This document shows positions 34,299 through 46,343 of a DNA stretch of 64,000 nucleotides, in pieces (within the stretch, counting starts at the first letter, position 1; each line of letters starts with the position of its first letter). The notes under the pieces were generated by a model. It saw nothing but the letters and a program-made list of their open reading frames with translations, searched no databases and was not told the origin of the DNA. A program made the position numbers and the translations under genes. Source of the DNA: Ranitomeya imitator (taxonomy: Eukaryota); contig NC_091291.1 in assembly GCF_032444005.1 (NCBI RefSeq), forward strand, positions 112,468,001 to 112,532,000, given 5' to 3'.

Positions 34299-34343
34299 TC
34301 ATGCCATGACTAAGACCTGATGGTCGAAACGCGTCGGCGTTGA
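34299..34343 (+). ncRNA. Minimal type I hammerhead ribozyme (copy 2), predicted cleavage after C34335
   Basis: AUGCC | AUGACUA | A GACC-UGAU-GGUC | GAA | ACGCGU | C | GGCGU: helix I 5 bp, helix II 4 bp, palindromic helix III. Confidence 0.7.
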
Positions 34344-34572
34344 CCACCTGGGACCCCCATCTCTTTTTTGCAAATGTTTGCATTTTAAAGTGTTTTCAAT
34401 AAATTGACTTTTTAGAAGATCCATGCTGGAGATTATTTTTTCTTTTTCATTGCTGGCTCTGGACTACGCCCTTGACCAAGGCGGCTCCGTGCATGGACAT
34501 CATTGCACTGTTGAGGGATTGGTGAGCTGACTTATTTTCTTCCCATTTTTTCCTTTTTCCCTATTTTTGTAT

Positions 34573-34705
34573 GCTGGGAATAAATGCAACATATTGCTAC
34601 AAGCAGAATACGGATCCGCTGGGAATAAACGCAACAGATTACTACAGGGAGAATACGGATCCGCTGGGAATAAAGGCAACAGATTACTACAGGCAGACTA
34701 GGGAT
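34573..34705 (+). repeat. 45-bp minisatellite, part 3 (~3 units)
   Basis: Array resumes with gctgggaataaatg, the same 14 bp as 27026-27039. Confidence 0.9.
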
Positions 34706-35328
34706 CCGCGATCCTGAATGCGCGCTTCCTTACATTCGAAATGCGCGCCGAAAGGCATAAATGCACGCTCCTGAATGCGCGCCGGCAGAAATGCGGGAAT
34801 TGCGTGTCGGCAGAAATGCGCGCTCCTGAAAGTGCTCCTTCCATATTGCAAGCCTGTCGTCTCAGTAACAGAGCGCGCTCCTAAATGCACCGCCTTCGAT
34901 GCCCTGATGAACCAATCAGCGCTGCAGCTCAGAGAGACTGCCACTCCCCTGACACGCCCACAACACATTCAACCTGCAAATTCAATACTCGCGGCCCGCA
35001 CCCTGTAGATAATGGCTGACAGGGTGCAGTCAGGTGACAGTATGGTGCGCAATGATCGGACTGGCCGGCAGGTGTCCCGTCCAGCAGAAGATTACGCTCC
35101 TCATAATTCCTTGGATTAGAACATAAAAACATCAGGGAGTGTTTCCACATTCAGGAAACGCTGCGTGTTTGTCGCTGTGTAGAGCCGCAGCATCAAACAC
35201 GCAGCATCCAGATGTTACAGCATAGTGGAGGGGATTTCATGAAATCCTGTCTCCACTATGCGGTAAAACACGCAGGCGGCAGACCCTCGTAAACGGACAT
35301 GCGGCGTGTCTTTTCAGAACGCAGCATG

Positions 35329-36090
35329 TCTACTGAGGCGCGTAACCGGTGGCCGGAACACCGAGGAAGTAACTGACTCAAGGCATTACTTCAAACTCCG
35401 CAGGGCAGTTAATTATAGGTTGGCTGCCTCACCTAAACACCTAAGCAGACATAGGGGGCAACGCGTGGAGAGGGGCATCTCTAGGGTCCCGGAAGAGCTC
35501 CAAGCCTTCCCGTCATACGGGTGCATCCTAGCCATAACATACCTGGGGGACGTTGAACTAGAAAGATCTGGAACGAATTAGAACGAACGAACGAGAACAG
35601 AAGCTGTGAGGACTATTCCGAATGCTCAGCAGGGTAGCACTACAACACACAGGCGCTATTGGTAGGCAACGATTTCCACCTGCAAAGGGAACCCATCGGA
35701 ACGGCCGGTCTCAGACAGCCCTGTTAACTGTGCTCTGGATTGAGGATCCTGAAGTCTTCGGTAAAGAGACTGCAATCCTGTGTCCTCGTTATTGACTGCA
35801 CCTCACACCATTACCATCCACCTTACTGGGAAGCCCTGGGGATAAACTTCACCTGTGGGAAGGTATACCATCCAGCTGCCATTCCATCACTCCAGCGGAC
35901 CCCACAGCAGCGTCGGTCACCCTGACCGAAGACCACAGGTGGCGTCACGAATCCCTGACAAACTGTATCACCTTTATTGGACGCCCCTTAGCAGGGTCGC
36001 GGACCGGGTCTAGCCACCGTGACAGCCTCAGAACCGAACCCGAGAGGCCCGGTACCGAGAACTCGTGGCCCTGTGTCTGGGGGCGCTCCA
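35329..36090 (+). mobile_element. 5'-truncated solo LTR related to 46344-47612
   Basis: Shares ctactgaggcgcgta.ccggtggccggaacaccgaggaagtaactgactc... and the terminal ccctgtgtctgggggcgctCCA. Confidence 0.75.
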
Positions 36091-36109
36091 CATACAACAA
36101 ACACCATCC

Positions 36110-36320
36110 AACAAGCGACATGCAACATGCGACGACATGCAGCATGCGACAACATGCAACATGTGTCAATATGCAACATGCGACAACATGCAGTGACATG
36201 CGACGACATGCAATATGCGACATGCCACATGCGACGACATGCAACATGCGTCAACATGCAACATGTGGCAACATGCGACAACATGCGATAACATGCAACA
36301 TGTGACGACATACGACATGC
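36110..36320. repeat. Degenerate short tandem repeat (gcaacat/gcgacat units)
   Basis: Read directly. Confidence 0.8.
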
Positions 36321-36504
36321 ACCATACAACATACACCATACAACACATACATACAGTACATACATATAGACATACAGTACATACAATATAGAGTACATAC
36401 TCACCATCATTTGTCACTTTGATCCCCGAAGCCAGTGTCACCTGTAAAAAATATTAAAATAATAAACAAACAATATACTCCCTGATCCACAGATATCGAA
36501 TTAA

Positions 36505-37022
36505 GGCTACTTTCACACTTCCGTCTTTTCAGATCCCTTGCAATGCGTCATTTTGGGGAAAAAACGGATCCTGCAAATGTGCCCGCAGGATCCGTTTTTT
36601 GCCATAGACTTGTATTAGCGATGGATCGTGACGGAGGCCACACATCGCATCCGTCGTGTTTTGGCGGACCGTCGTCTGGAAAAAACGTTCAATGTATTGT
36701 TTTTTGTCTGCGTCGAAAAAATGTACAGCGACGGATCGTGCGGCGTCCGTCGTTGGCTAGAATGGAGCCCATGGGCGCAGAATCCGTTGCTGTCCGTCAA
36801 ATGACAGAATCCAGCAACAGATTCCGCTTTTTTACACTGAGCATGCCAGGAAGGATTTTTGTTCCTTTAATTTAACCCATTTTTCCTGCAGCTGCTGCAT
36901 CGACAGATCCATCAAAAAACAGGATTCAGTGCATCCGTTTTTTACAATCTGCACAGGATCCATCTTTTCAACACTTTGACGGATTGTGACTGATTCTAAA
37001 AGACGGAAGTGTGAAAGTAGCC
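36505..37022. mobile_element. PIF/Harbinger-type MITE
   Basis: TIR ggctactttcacacttccgtc / gacggaagtgtgaaagtagcc. Confidence 0.85.
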
Positions 37023-38075
37023 GAAAACGTGTGTCCCACGACGATCTCCCGTGGAGAGCTGCAGCATTAGCTGATGTGACCGCTCTCCAGGGGCTCCAGG
37101 AATACAATGATGGAAGGTATCCTTCCACAATGTATTCCCCACAATGTATTCCTAAACCCCTGTGAGAAAATAGTCCCTAGTCTCACTTCTGGCACTGCTG
37201 TGTGAGAAAGTTCCCACGCAGCAATGCCATAAAGTGAGACCCTGAACTGAGGTAACCTCAGTGATACACTGCAGGAGCCATTATCTCCTGTCAGTGTGTC
37301 ACTGAGGGTCCTATAGAGCAGTAACATCACCCGATGTCACTGTTCTATAGGGGAGATCGTCATGGGACACTCGTAATTAATTGGACTACGGCTGAAAGTG
37401 AGTATACAGTTTATTATTTTTATTTTTTTGCAGGCGCTGAAGTATGGTAAGTATGGTTAAATTAAGAATATTAAAATACTTTTTTCTGGCTGTGTCTTTA
37501 TTTTTTTTTAACTCTTTCTCTACTCTAGGATTAGTAATGGATAGGTGACTTATTGACGCCTCTCCGTTATTAACCCGGCTTAATGTCACCTTACAATATC
37601 AAGGTGATATTAACCCCTTATTACCCCATATCCCACCACTACACGGGATGGGAAGAGAGGGGCTAAGTGCCGGAATTTGCGCATCTTACAGATGCGCCAT
37701 TTCTGAGGCGGCTGGGGGCTGGTATTTGTAGCCGGGGGGCAATACCCATGGCCCCTCTCTAGGCTATGAATATCAGCCCGCAGTTGTCTGCGTAGCCTTT
37801 CTGGCTATAAAATATAGGGAGGCCCCACTTTTCTTTTGGGGGGGCCCCCCTATCTTTATAGCCACTAAAGGCTACGCAGACAGCTGTGGGCTGATATTCA
37901 TAGCCTAGAGAGGGGCCATAGGTATTACCCCCTTCCCAGGATACAAATATTGGCCCCAGGCCGTCGGCTTTCCCCCTCTGGCGCAGAAAATTGCGCGGGA
38001 GCCCACGCCATTTTTTTCCCATTTTTTTTTTATTAAACCTTCATTCATAAACATCGGCCTTGCTATTACATATCT

Positions 38076-39124
38076 ACCAGATGGTGGCCCGATTCTAAGG
38101 CATAGGGTATTCTAGAATATGTATGTAGTTTATTTACAAAGTGGTGTTTAAATCCCGCTGCAATATCGCTGATTGGTCGCAGCCAGCCGGGCGTGAGTAA
38201 TTAGCGAAGCGTGGTTCAAATCCGGTGCCAATTCACGGCCGGACTGCACCTGTTGCTGATTGGTCGCGCCAGCCGCCCACGACCAATCAGCGACGCGGGA
38301 TTTCCATAACAGACAAACAAACCCTTAGACGATTATATATATACTAGATGGTGGCTCGATTCTAACGCATTGGGTAGTCTAGAATATGTATGTATGTATG
38401 TCACGCTGTGAGTGGGGGTTAAATTCCATGCCAATATCGCTGATTGGTCGCGGCCGGCCGCGTAGTATATAGCACAGCCCACGTAGTATATAGCACAGCC
38501 ACGTAGTATATAGCACAGCAATGTATACAGTATAGCACAGCCCACGTAATATATAGCACAGCCACATAGTATATAGCAGCCACGTAGTATATAGCACAGC
38601 CATGTAGTATATAGCACAGCAATGTAGTATATAGCACAGCAATGTAGTATCTAACACAGCCCACGTAGTATATAGCAGCCACGTAGTATATAGCACAGCC
38701 ACATAGTATATAGCACAGCCACGTAGTATATAGCGCAGCGATGTAGTATACAACACAGCCCACACAGTAGATAGCGCAGCCACGTAGTATATAGCTGCCA
38801 CGTAGTATATAGCAGCCACGTAGTAAATAACACAGCCCACAAAAAGAATTAAAATAAAAAATAATTATATACTCACCTTCTGTCGTCCACCGAAGCTGTC
38901 CCGCTCCTCGCGATGCGGCCAGCAGCTTCCGTTCCCAGAGATGCATTGCGAAATTGCCCAGATAACTTAGTGGTCTTTGCCAGAGACCGCTAAGTCATCT
39001 GTGTAATTTCGCAATGCATCTCTGAGAACGGAAGCTGCCGGCCGCGACCAATCAGCGACTCGGGATTTCTGTTACAGACAGAAAGACAGACAGAAACAGA
39101 CAGAAGTACCCCTGATTATATAGA
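38076..39124 (+). mobile_element. Two head-to-tail copies (38076-38342, 38343-39124) of a TSD-less non-autonomous element, possibly Helitron/Helentron-like
   Basis: Both start a(c/t)tagatggtggc.cgattctaa.gcat.gggta.tctagaatatg and end cagaca..ccc..gattatata; ~20-bp minisatellite at 38460-38840; same family as 52961-54222. Confidence 0.5.
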
Positions 39125-39290
39125 TAGATGAATAATCTAGCTAAAGATATATTTATAGATAGATATATCGATAGATACATAGATATACTAAACATCGGGC
39201 TTGGTATTATCTATTGTATCTATCTATTATCTATCATCTATCTATTATCTATCTATCATCTATCTATTATCTATCTGTCAATATATCTAT
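39125..39290. repeat. GATA/TATC microsatellite flanking the assembly gap
   Basis: Read directly. Confidence 0.85.
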
Positions 39291-39549
39291 NNNNNNNNNN
39301 NNNNNNNNNNNNNNNNNNNNNNNNNNNNNNNNNNNNNNNNNNNNNNNNNNNNNNNNNNNNNNNNNNNNNNNNNNNNNNNNNNNNNNNNNNNNNNNNNNNN
39401 NNNNNNNNNNNNNNNNNNNNNNNNNNNNNNNNNNNNNNNNNNNNNNNNNNNNNNNNNNNNNNNNNNNNNNNNNNNNNNNNNNNNNNNNNNNNNNNNNNNN
39501 NNNNNNNNNNNNNNNNNNNNNNNNNNNNNNNNNNNNNNNNNNNNNNNNN
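39291..39549. other. Assembly gap (259 N)
   Basis: Run of N. Confidence 1.
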
Positions 39550-39959
39550 TAAACATTATTCTTCAATGGAGTATGTAAATGAAGAGGTTGGACAAGAAAT
39601 GACATCACCCTTTTTTTATATATATCTTTATTGAGCTTACAAAAACACACACAAATCCGCATGAAAAAACGCATGAAAAACGCAGATGACCTGCCAGTGA
39701 CCTCAGGTGCAGATTTGGTGCAGATTTTACCTGCGTTAAATCCTGATCAAATCCTGATGCAATCCTGAACGTGGACACGTACCCTTAGGGCCACGTGATC
39801 TGGAAATATATTTATGGTTCCCTGGAGGACAATGCTTGGAATCCTCCCACAAGTTTCGCTGTTGTTTTGTGATTGCCACTAGAAACAGGGCTTTCCCATA
39901 CAGATATTTAAGGTATGCCTCAGGTTAGAAATAACGTTAAATAACTAACATTAAGAACT

Positions 39960-40755
39960 AACGCTTTTTGTAGCCAGACAAGAGACTTACAATTCTTGTT
40001 TGAGGGATTTTCTTCCTTGGGAAATTCTTCCAGTTCTGTGACATTCCTGGATCGTCTTGCTTCCACTGCTATTTTGAGGTCTAGCCACAGATTTTCAATG
40101 ATGTACAGATCAGGGGACTGTGAGGGCAACTGTAAAACCCTCAGCTTGCGCCTTTTGAGGTCTTCTATTGTGGATTTTTATTTGTGTTCAGATCATTATC
40201 CATTTGTAGAAGACATTCTCTTTTCAACTTCAGCTTTTTTTTTTACAGATGGTGTTATGTTTGTATCAGGAATTTGTTGAAATTTCCTTGAATAGATTCT
40301 TCCCTCTACATGTGAAATGGTGCTCATGGCATTGACTGCAACACAACCCCAAAGCATGATTGATCCACCCCCATGCTTAATGGTTGGCGAGATGTTCTTT
40401 TCCTGAAATTCTGTGCTCTTTTATTCTCCACATTGCTTTTATCATTGGGGACAAATGACTTGTTTCCAAATTGCATTAAGCTTGTTTACATGTTCTTTTG
40501 CACACTTCTGACTCTGAATTTTATAGTGAGGACGCAGGAGAGGTTTTCTTTTGAGGAATCTTCCATAAAGGCCATATTTGTGGAGATGTCTGAGCAGTAG
40601 AACAATGCACCACAACTCCAGACTCTGCTAAATCTTTTTGAAGGTCTTTTGCAGCGAAGCCGGGGTTCTGATTTGCCTCTCTAGCAATACCATGAGCAGC
40701 TCTCACTGAAATTTTACTTGGTCTTCCAGACATTATCTTGACTTCCACTGTCTGT
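39960..40755 (-). pseudogene. Decayed Tc1-like transposase
   Basis: Fragments PSQSPDL.IIENLWLDLK, KHGGGSIM.WG, GRPSKIS..in shifting frames. Confidence 0.8.
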
Positions 40756-40764
40756 TTCTGTTAA

Positions 40765-42033
40765 CCCCTTAACGACCAGAAGTATTTTTATTTTTGCATT
40801 TTCATTTTTTGCTCCCCTTCTTCCCAATGCCATCACTTTTATATTTTTTAGTCAAAATGGCCATGCGAGGGCTTGTTTTTTGTGGGACGAGTTGTACTTT
40901 TGAACAACACTATTGGTTTTACCATATTGTGTCTGGAAAATGGGGAAAAAATTCCAAGTGCGGTGAAATTGCAAAAAAAAGTGCAATCCCACAGTTGTTG
41001 TTTTTTTCTGTTTATTTTTTTAACAAAGTTCACTAAATAATAAAACTGACCTGCCATTATGATTCTCCAGGTCACTACGAGTTCATAGACACCAAACATG
41101 TCTAGGTTCTTTTTGATTTAAGTGGTGAAAAAGTTCCAAAGTTTGTTAAAAATATAAAAAATTGCGCCATTTTCTGATACCTGTAGCGTCTCCATTTTTC
41201 GTGATCTGGGATTGGGTGAGGGCTGAATTTTTCCATGCAGAGCTGCCATTTTAAATGATATTATTTTGTGTGCAGATACGTTCTTTTGATCACCCCTTAT
41301 TGCATTTTAATGTAATGTTGCGGCGACCAAAAAAACGTAATTGTGGTGTTTTGACTTTTTTTCTCGTTTAACGATCAGGTTAATTCTTTTTTCATATTGA
41401 TGGATCGTGTGATTCTGAATGTGGTGATACCAAATATGTGTATATTTCATTTTTTTATTGTTTTATTTTGAATGGGGCGAAAGGGGTTATTTGAACTTTT
41501 ATATTTTTTTATTTTTTTAATATTTTTAAAAACATTTTTTTTTACTGTTTGTATGCTTCAATAGTCTCCATGGAAGACTAGAAGCTGTAGCTGTCTGATT
41601 GCCTCTGCTACTCACAGGCAATGATCACATCGCCTGTATGTTGCAGAAATGCTCACTTGCTATGAGCGCCGACCATCGGGCTGTGCTCATAGCAATCTGG
41701 CTATGACATCCATAAAGGTCTGCTGGAGAGCTCTGGTTGTCATGTTGACCCATCAGTGACCCACGATCATGTGCCGGGGTCACTGATAGGCAGGTTTAGT
41801 GACGTGATTCCGGTAAGTGCGAGTTAAATGCCACTATCAGAGATTGACAAAAGCATTTAACTAGCTAAACGCCGCGGGTGGATCGTGACTACACCCGCAG
41901 CTGTTGCGGGCACATGTCAGCTGTATATATCAGCTGTCATGTGCCCGGAAAGGTGTGGGCTCAGCATCGGAGCCCGCACCAAATAGGGGGATTCCGATGT
42001 CGGCATAGTATTACGCACGATGTCGGAAAGAGG
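40765..42033. mobile_element. piggyBac-like non-autonomous element
   Basis: TTAA-ccccttaacgacc ... gtcggaaagagg-TTAA. Confidence 0.7.
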
Positions 42034-43648
42034 TTAATTGTAATTTCTTAATTACATTTCAAACTGAGGAAAGAGCAACTTGAAAACGCTTTGCTACCTT
42101 CTTATAGTCTTCTCCTGCTTTGTGGCCTCCACCATTTTTATTTTCAGAGTGCTAGGCAGCTGCTTAGAAGAACCCATGGCTGCTGTTTTTCGGCACAAGG
42201 TTAGAGGAGGCTGGGTTTTTATAAAGTTGGAAAATTTGCATCATCTGGCCTTTCCCAACATTGATAGTAAAGAAGCCATAACGCTAATTAAGGTCTGAAA
42301 CCTTGGTCAAAATAATCTGAGCACATAAACCCCCAAGGGTGGCCAAACTTTGCATCGGCTCAACACTGGCGTCACTGTCCCCACCTCCTGCCGAATTGAG
42401 CAGGAATAGGAAATCCAGGATCAGCTGCAGCCCGGACTTCCTCTTCAAGTTCAATTTGTGTGAAGGAGGAGACAGTGTCGCCAGCGCTGATTTGGCACCG
42501 GCGTCACGTGTCACATCAACTGCATGAGAGCCCCGGGGAGAGCGAGTGCCAACACTGCAAGAACGGCGCCGGTACAGGAGCTGAGTATAGGCTTTAGTAT
42601 ATTATGGGGGCCAAACATTTAGATCAAGAAGGGGTTATCCTAGTAGTGGACAGCCCCTTTAAGGAGACCCATATCTCTGGAACCAAATGGTAGATTTAAA
42701 GGAAAAACCTGGAATATTCAATAAATCAGCGGGAATAAACCAAGAGCAAAAAACAGACATTTTGGACCTAGCAACAGGTCCTGCAAGTAATCCTGATTTA
42801 GTTTTCTTTTATTACTTGTATCAATTATGACCTACTTGTGGCTATTTTTTTTTTTAGGGATAACAGAATTTTTTTTGGGGGGATAACGGACATTCCCTTT
42901 GTTGTCAGTGTGTGTATAGTCTAAAGTAATGTCATCAGTGCGTGCCATGTGCTCTTCTCTTCCCCAGTTCACTTCTGCATTCATCATGTTCCTGCAGTTC
43001 CATGTTCTCTTTTTGGTTTAGGTTTCCAGGAACCGCAAGATAAATGGACATGTTGCGGATTTAAAACACGCGCCGCAGGTCAGTTTACACTACGTAAGAA
43101 AAAAAAAGCACAGCGGGCATGAGATTCCTCTAAATCCCGTCCACCATTGCTGGAACTATGAGACGCTGCATTTTTAAAAAAAAATTTTGCTGTGAAAATT
43201 CTCTGTTAAATACTCATGGTGGGAACCTAACGCTTTCACATTCACACTGACTACATGCGAACATATGTAAGGAGATTTTCCCACAGATTCTCTTCACTTC
43301 TATTGTTCCCTTTTGGAATATTTGCATTGAAATCTGAAGTTGTTAAAAAAAAAAATAAAAAAAACACTGCAGATTTGTTTTCAGAAATGCTCCTGATTTT
43401 CCGCACATTTAACTCTTTGTTTAACTTGTGAAATTCACCATGACATATGCAGCATGAATCAACAATGCAAATTTTATTCCTGCAATGTCGGTCAGTTTAT
43501 GCTGCAGGTTTTCTCCGGTTTGTGTGGATGAGATCTCGTGACGGTTCATTTACAGCGCTGCTATTGTAAATCCCCAAGAAAAATCCCATATGTATAATCC
43601 CCATGGATACACACTCCAAAAGCAAATCCCCTGCAGGCTCTCATTTAA

Positions 43649-43976
43649 AGGGAACCTGTCACCTGAATTTGGCGGGACCGGTTTTGGGTCATATGGGCGG
43701 AGTTTTTGGGTGTTTGATTCACCCTTTCCTTACCCGCTGGCTGCATGCTGGCTGCAATATTGGATTGAAGTTCATTATCTGTCCTCCATAGTACATACCT
43801 GCACAAGGCAAGATTGCTTTGCGCAGGCGTGTACTATGGAGGACAGAGAATGAACTTCAATCCAATATTGCAGCCAGCATGCAGCCAGAGGGTAAGGAAA
43901 GGGTGAATCAAACACCCGAAAACTCCGCCCATGTGACCCAAAACCAGTCCCGCCAAATTCAGGTGACAGAGTCCCT
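43649..43976. mobile_element. T2/Kolobok-type palindromic MITE
   Basis: TTAA-agggaacctgtcacctgaatttgg ... ccaaattcaggtgacagagtccct-TTAA; near-perfect hairpin. Confidence 0.9.
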
Positions 43977-44060
43977 TTAATTCTGACAAAATTGCACTAA
44001 GCAACTAGTAAACACATCGTGGGTGGGATTTGAATCCAGGACTCCAGCGATGCACTGTTA

Positions 44061-44362
44061 GGGTGTGTGCACACGTAGAAAGCTCCTCTGCGGATTTTTC
44101 CGCAGCGGATTTGATAAATCCGCAGTGCAAAACCGCTGCGGTTTTTCCTGCAGATTTATCACGTTTTCTATTGCGGATTCCGCTGCGGTTTTACATCTGC
44201 ATTTTTCTATTGGAGCAGGTGTAAAAACGCTGCGTTTCCGCACGTTTTTTTTCCGCAGCATGTGCACTGCGGATTTCGTTTTCCATAGGTTTACATTGTA
44301 CTGTAAATTCATGGGAAACTGCTGCGGATCCGCAGCAAAATCTGCATCATGTGCACATACCC
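44061..44362. mobile_element. PIF/Harbinger-type MITE
   Basis: TTA-gggtgtgtgcacacg ... tgtgcacataccc-TTA. Confidence 0.8.
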
Positions 44363-44492
44363 TTAACCACTGAGCCACCGTGCTGCTCAATAACCCGAAT
44401 AAGGATAAATGGTAGACATCGTACTGCCTCATACACTCCTGCCTCAGAGTCTGGAGCTTATATCTGCAGTGGCATCAGTTACGTTTCGTTTA

Positions 44493-44952
44493 GGCCATGT
44501 TCACACCTTGCTTCTTTGCTGCGTTTTTTTTTTTTTTTCGGCAGCAAAACCCGCTCTCTTGGCTGTAAGAAACTTGCTGAAAAAAGCATGTTTTTGCTTG
44601 TTTCGTTTTTGCGCTTTTTTACTCTTTTTTGGTCATGCTACATTTATCTCAGGTGCATGCTGATCAAGTTTAGTGGTCAAAAAAAAAATCTGATTCTACT
44701 TCATCAGGTTGTCACAAAAAAAGAGTTTTATTTTTTTCACCACCTTACTTTCAATGGGTGAAAAAACAGTGAAGGAAGTGGCATTGTCTATTCTGCAAAA
44801 TCCAAGATTTTGCGCAAAATACTTAGGACAAAAAAAAAAAGCTGTGTGCACGAGATTTCCAAGATCTCATAGACTTTGATGGTACTGAAAACGCAGCTAA
44901 AATTTGCATAAAAAAAAAGCTGAAACAAAATGCACCTAGTGTGAACATAGCC
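44493..44952. mobile_element. PIF/Harbinger-type MITE
   Basis: ggccatgttcacac ... gtgtgaacatagcc; flanks TTA/CTA. Confidence 0.7.
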
Positions 44953-46343
44953 CTAGGCACACGACTAGGCCAGGAACATACCCTAGGATAAGCATACAGC
45001 CTCAGGCACATGACCTTACTCCATCTTTGTAAGGAAACCAGAATAAGGCACCATAGACTTCCATAGGACTCTTCTGTGCCGCCACATGGCTCCGATTTCA
45101 TATGGAACTTCGTCTGTATGGATAAAAGCCATGTTTCAGTAGACATTATAGTAAGGAGACATCCATGCAAGAATGGGGGAATCTTTGTCATACAGCCCCA
45201 TATATTAGCAGATGGAGTACCATAGAGCCGCAGAGGGCTGCATGTGCCGCGATTAACCCTCAGAAAACCGCCATCCATTTTTTTTTTTTGCATATGAGAA
45301 AACAAAGGATAGCACAGATGAAAAACAGCCCGTTTCTTAACGGATGTGAAAAATAAGTCTTGCGGCTGATTTCACACATATGTTTTATGATCTGAGTCTG
45401 GAAGGAGAAGTGCGCTCCTGACCTGAACTTAGGGGACTTATAGGTATATACGAGGCTGTCAATTTCGGGTTAAGTCACACTCAGCCGTGTAATGTAATTT
45501 GTGGTCGTACTGCTTTTTTTTTTTTAACATGACGTTACGTGCACAGCGACTGTCTGTGGGGGCCAGACTCCTGGAGTCGTTTTCACGGTGATTCACACTT
45601 AAATTTTATCATTTACATTTTTCATTTTTTTACAAACCATTTTTATTGACCATCCTTGACTCACTACAGGCACTTTTACTTTGTATATGATAGAAACGAC
45701 ATCAGACAATAATATAATAACAGACTCAAGTGTTACTCACCCTCCCCAGGTCCAGTGTTGTGCCTCCGCCACTGATCCTGTCTTTATTGGAAGGTTGCAG
45801 CGTTGATATCATGCTTACAGTGCACTGACCACTGCAGCCAATCACCAGGGTCAGTGACTAATGCTGTCTATATCAGCTGCGCCAGTGAGCAGAGTGATTG
45901 GCTGTAGCTGTCGTTGTGATGTCACCGCTGCTCCCGAACAACAAAGACCGGAATACATTTGTAACAGAGGAGCACAGATTAAAGAAAAGATGTTGTAGAG
46001 TCAGTTGAGCAGCGGCAATTGGAGGAGGGACTGTGTGTAAAATACAAAAAATACAGTGAAAGGTTCTAAAGAGAAGGAAACCGCTCTGAAATCGTGTGAA
46101 ACACCCGTTACTCAAAAATACACAAACTAGAAGATATAGCAGATATTTCACACTATAAAGAATAATCTGCAGTACCGGTAACATATGAGTGTTACACCCC
46201 TTATGAGGTTGTAAACCACAAAACACCAGGATATGACTATTGTGTATCACGTATAGTATTCACACCTACATTGTACTTCTGAACATCTTAGCTTCCCACA
46301 ACCAGCTAAAACTCTTTAACTTAAAACGTTCAGAACAATCTAG

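Larger units (their letters stand above)
30519..34572 (+). mobile_element. Penelope-like element (Neptune-type), longer copy with upstream ORF and 3' pseudo-LTR region
   Basis: 56-bp terminal direct repeat (30519-30574 / 34517-34572); uORF plus RT-EN. Confidence 0.95.

Noticed and set aside
34317-34335. Alternative hammerhead parse using CTGATGG-TC-GAAA as the core
   Set aside because: Leaves no helix II, and the upstream bases cannot pair with GGCGU to form helix I; the A3:U8 parse pairs fully
34860-34975. Possible further nup160 exon (CGRVRGV..ADWFIRASKAV, minus strand)
   Set aside because: Only scattered similarity to the expected upstream exon and no suitable donor
37201-37218. Two RBPJ consensus sites (TGTGAGAA, TTCCCACG); also TGTGGGAA in the solo LTRs
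   Set aside because: 2-bp spacing is incompatible with a paired site, they lie in repeats, and they are far from hes5
39128-39674. ORFs spanning the X run
   Set aside because: Artefacts of the N gap and the GATA microsatellite
42140-42205. Candidate exon (ttttattttcag ... CACAAG|gttaga)
   Set aside because: Splice-like flanks but no recognisable protein in any frame
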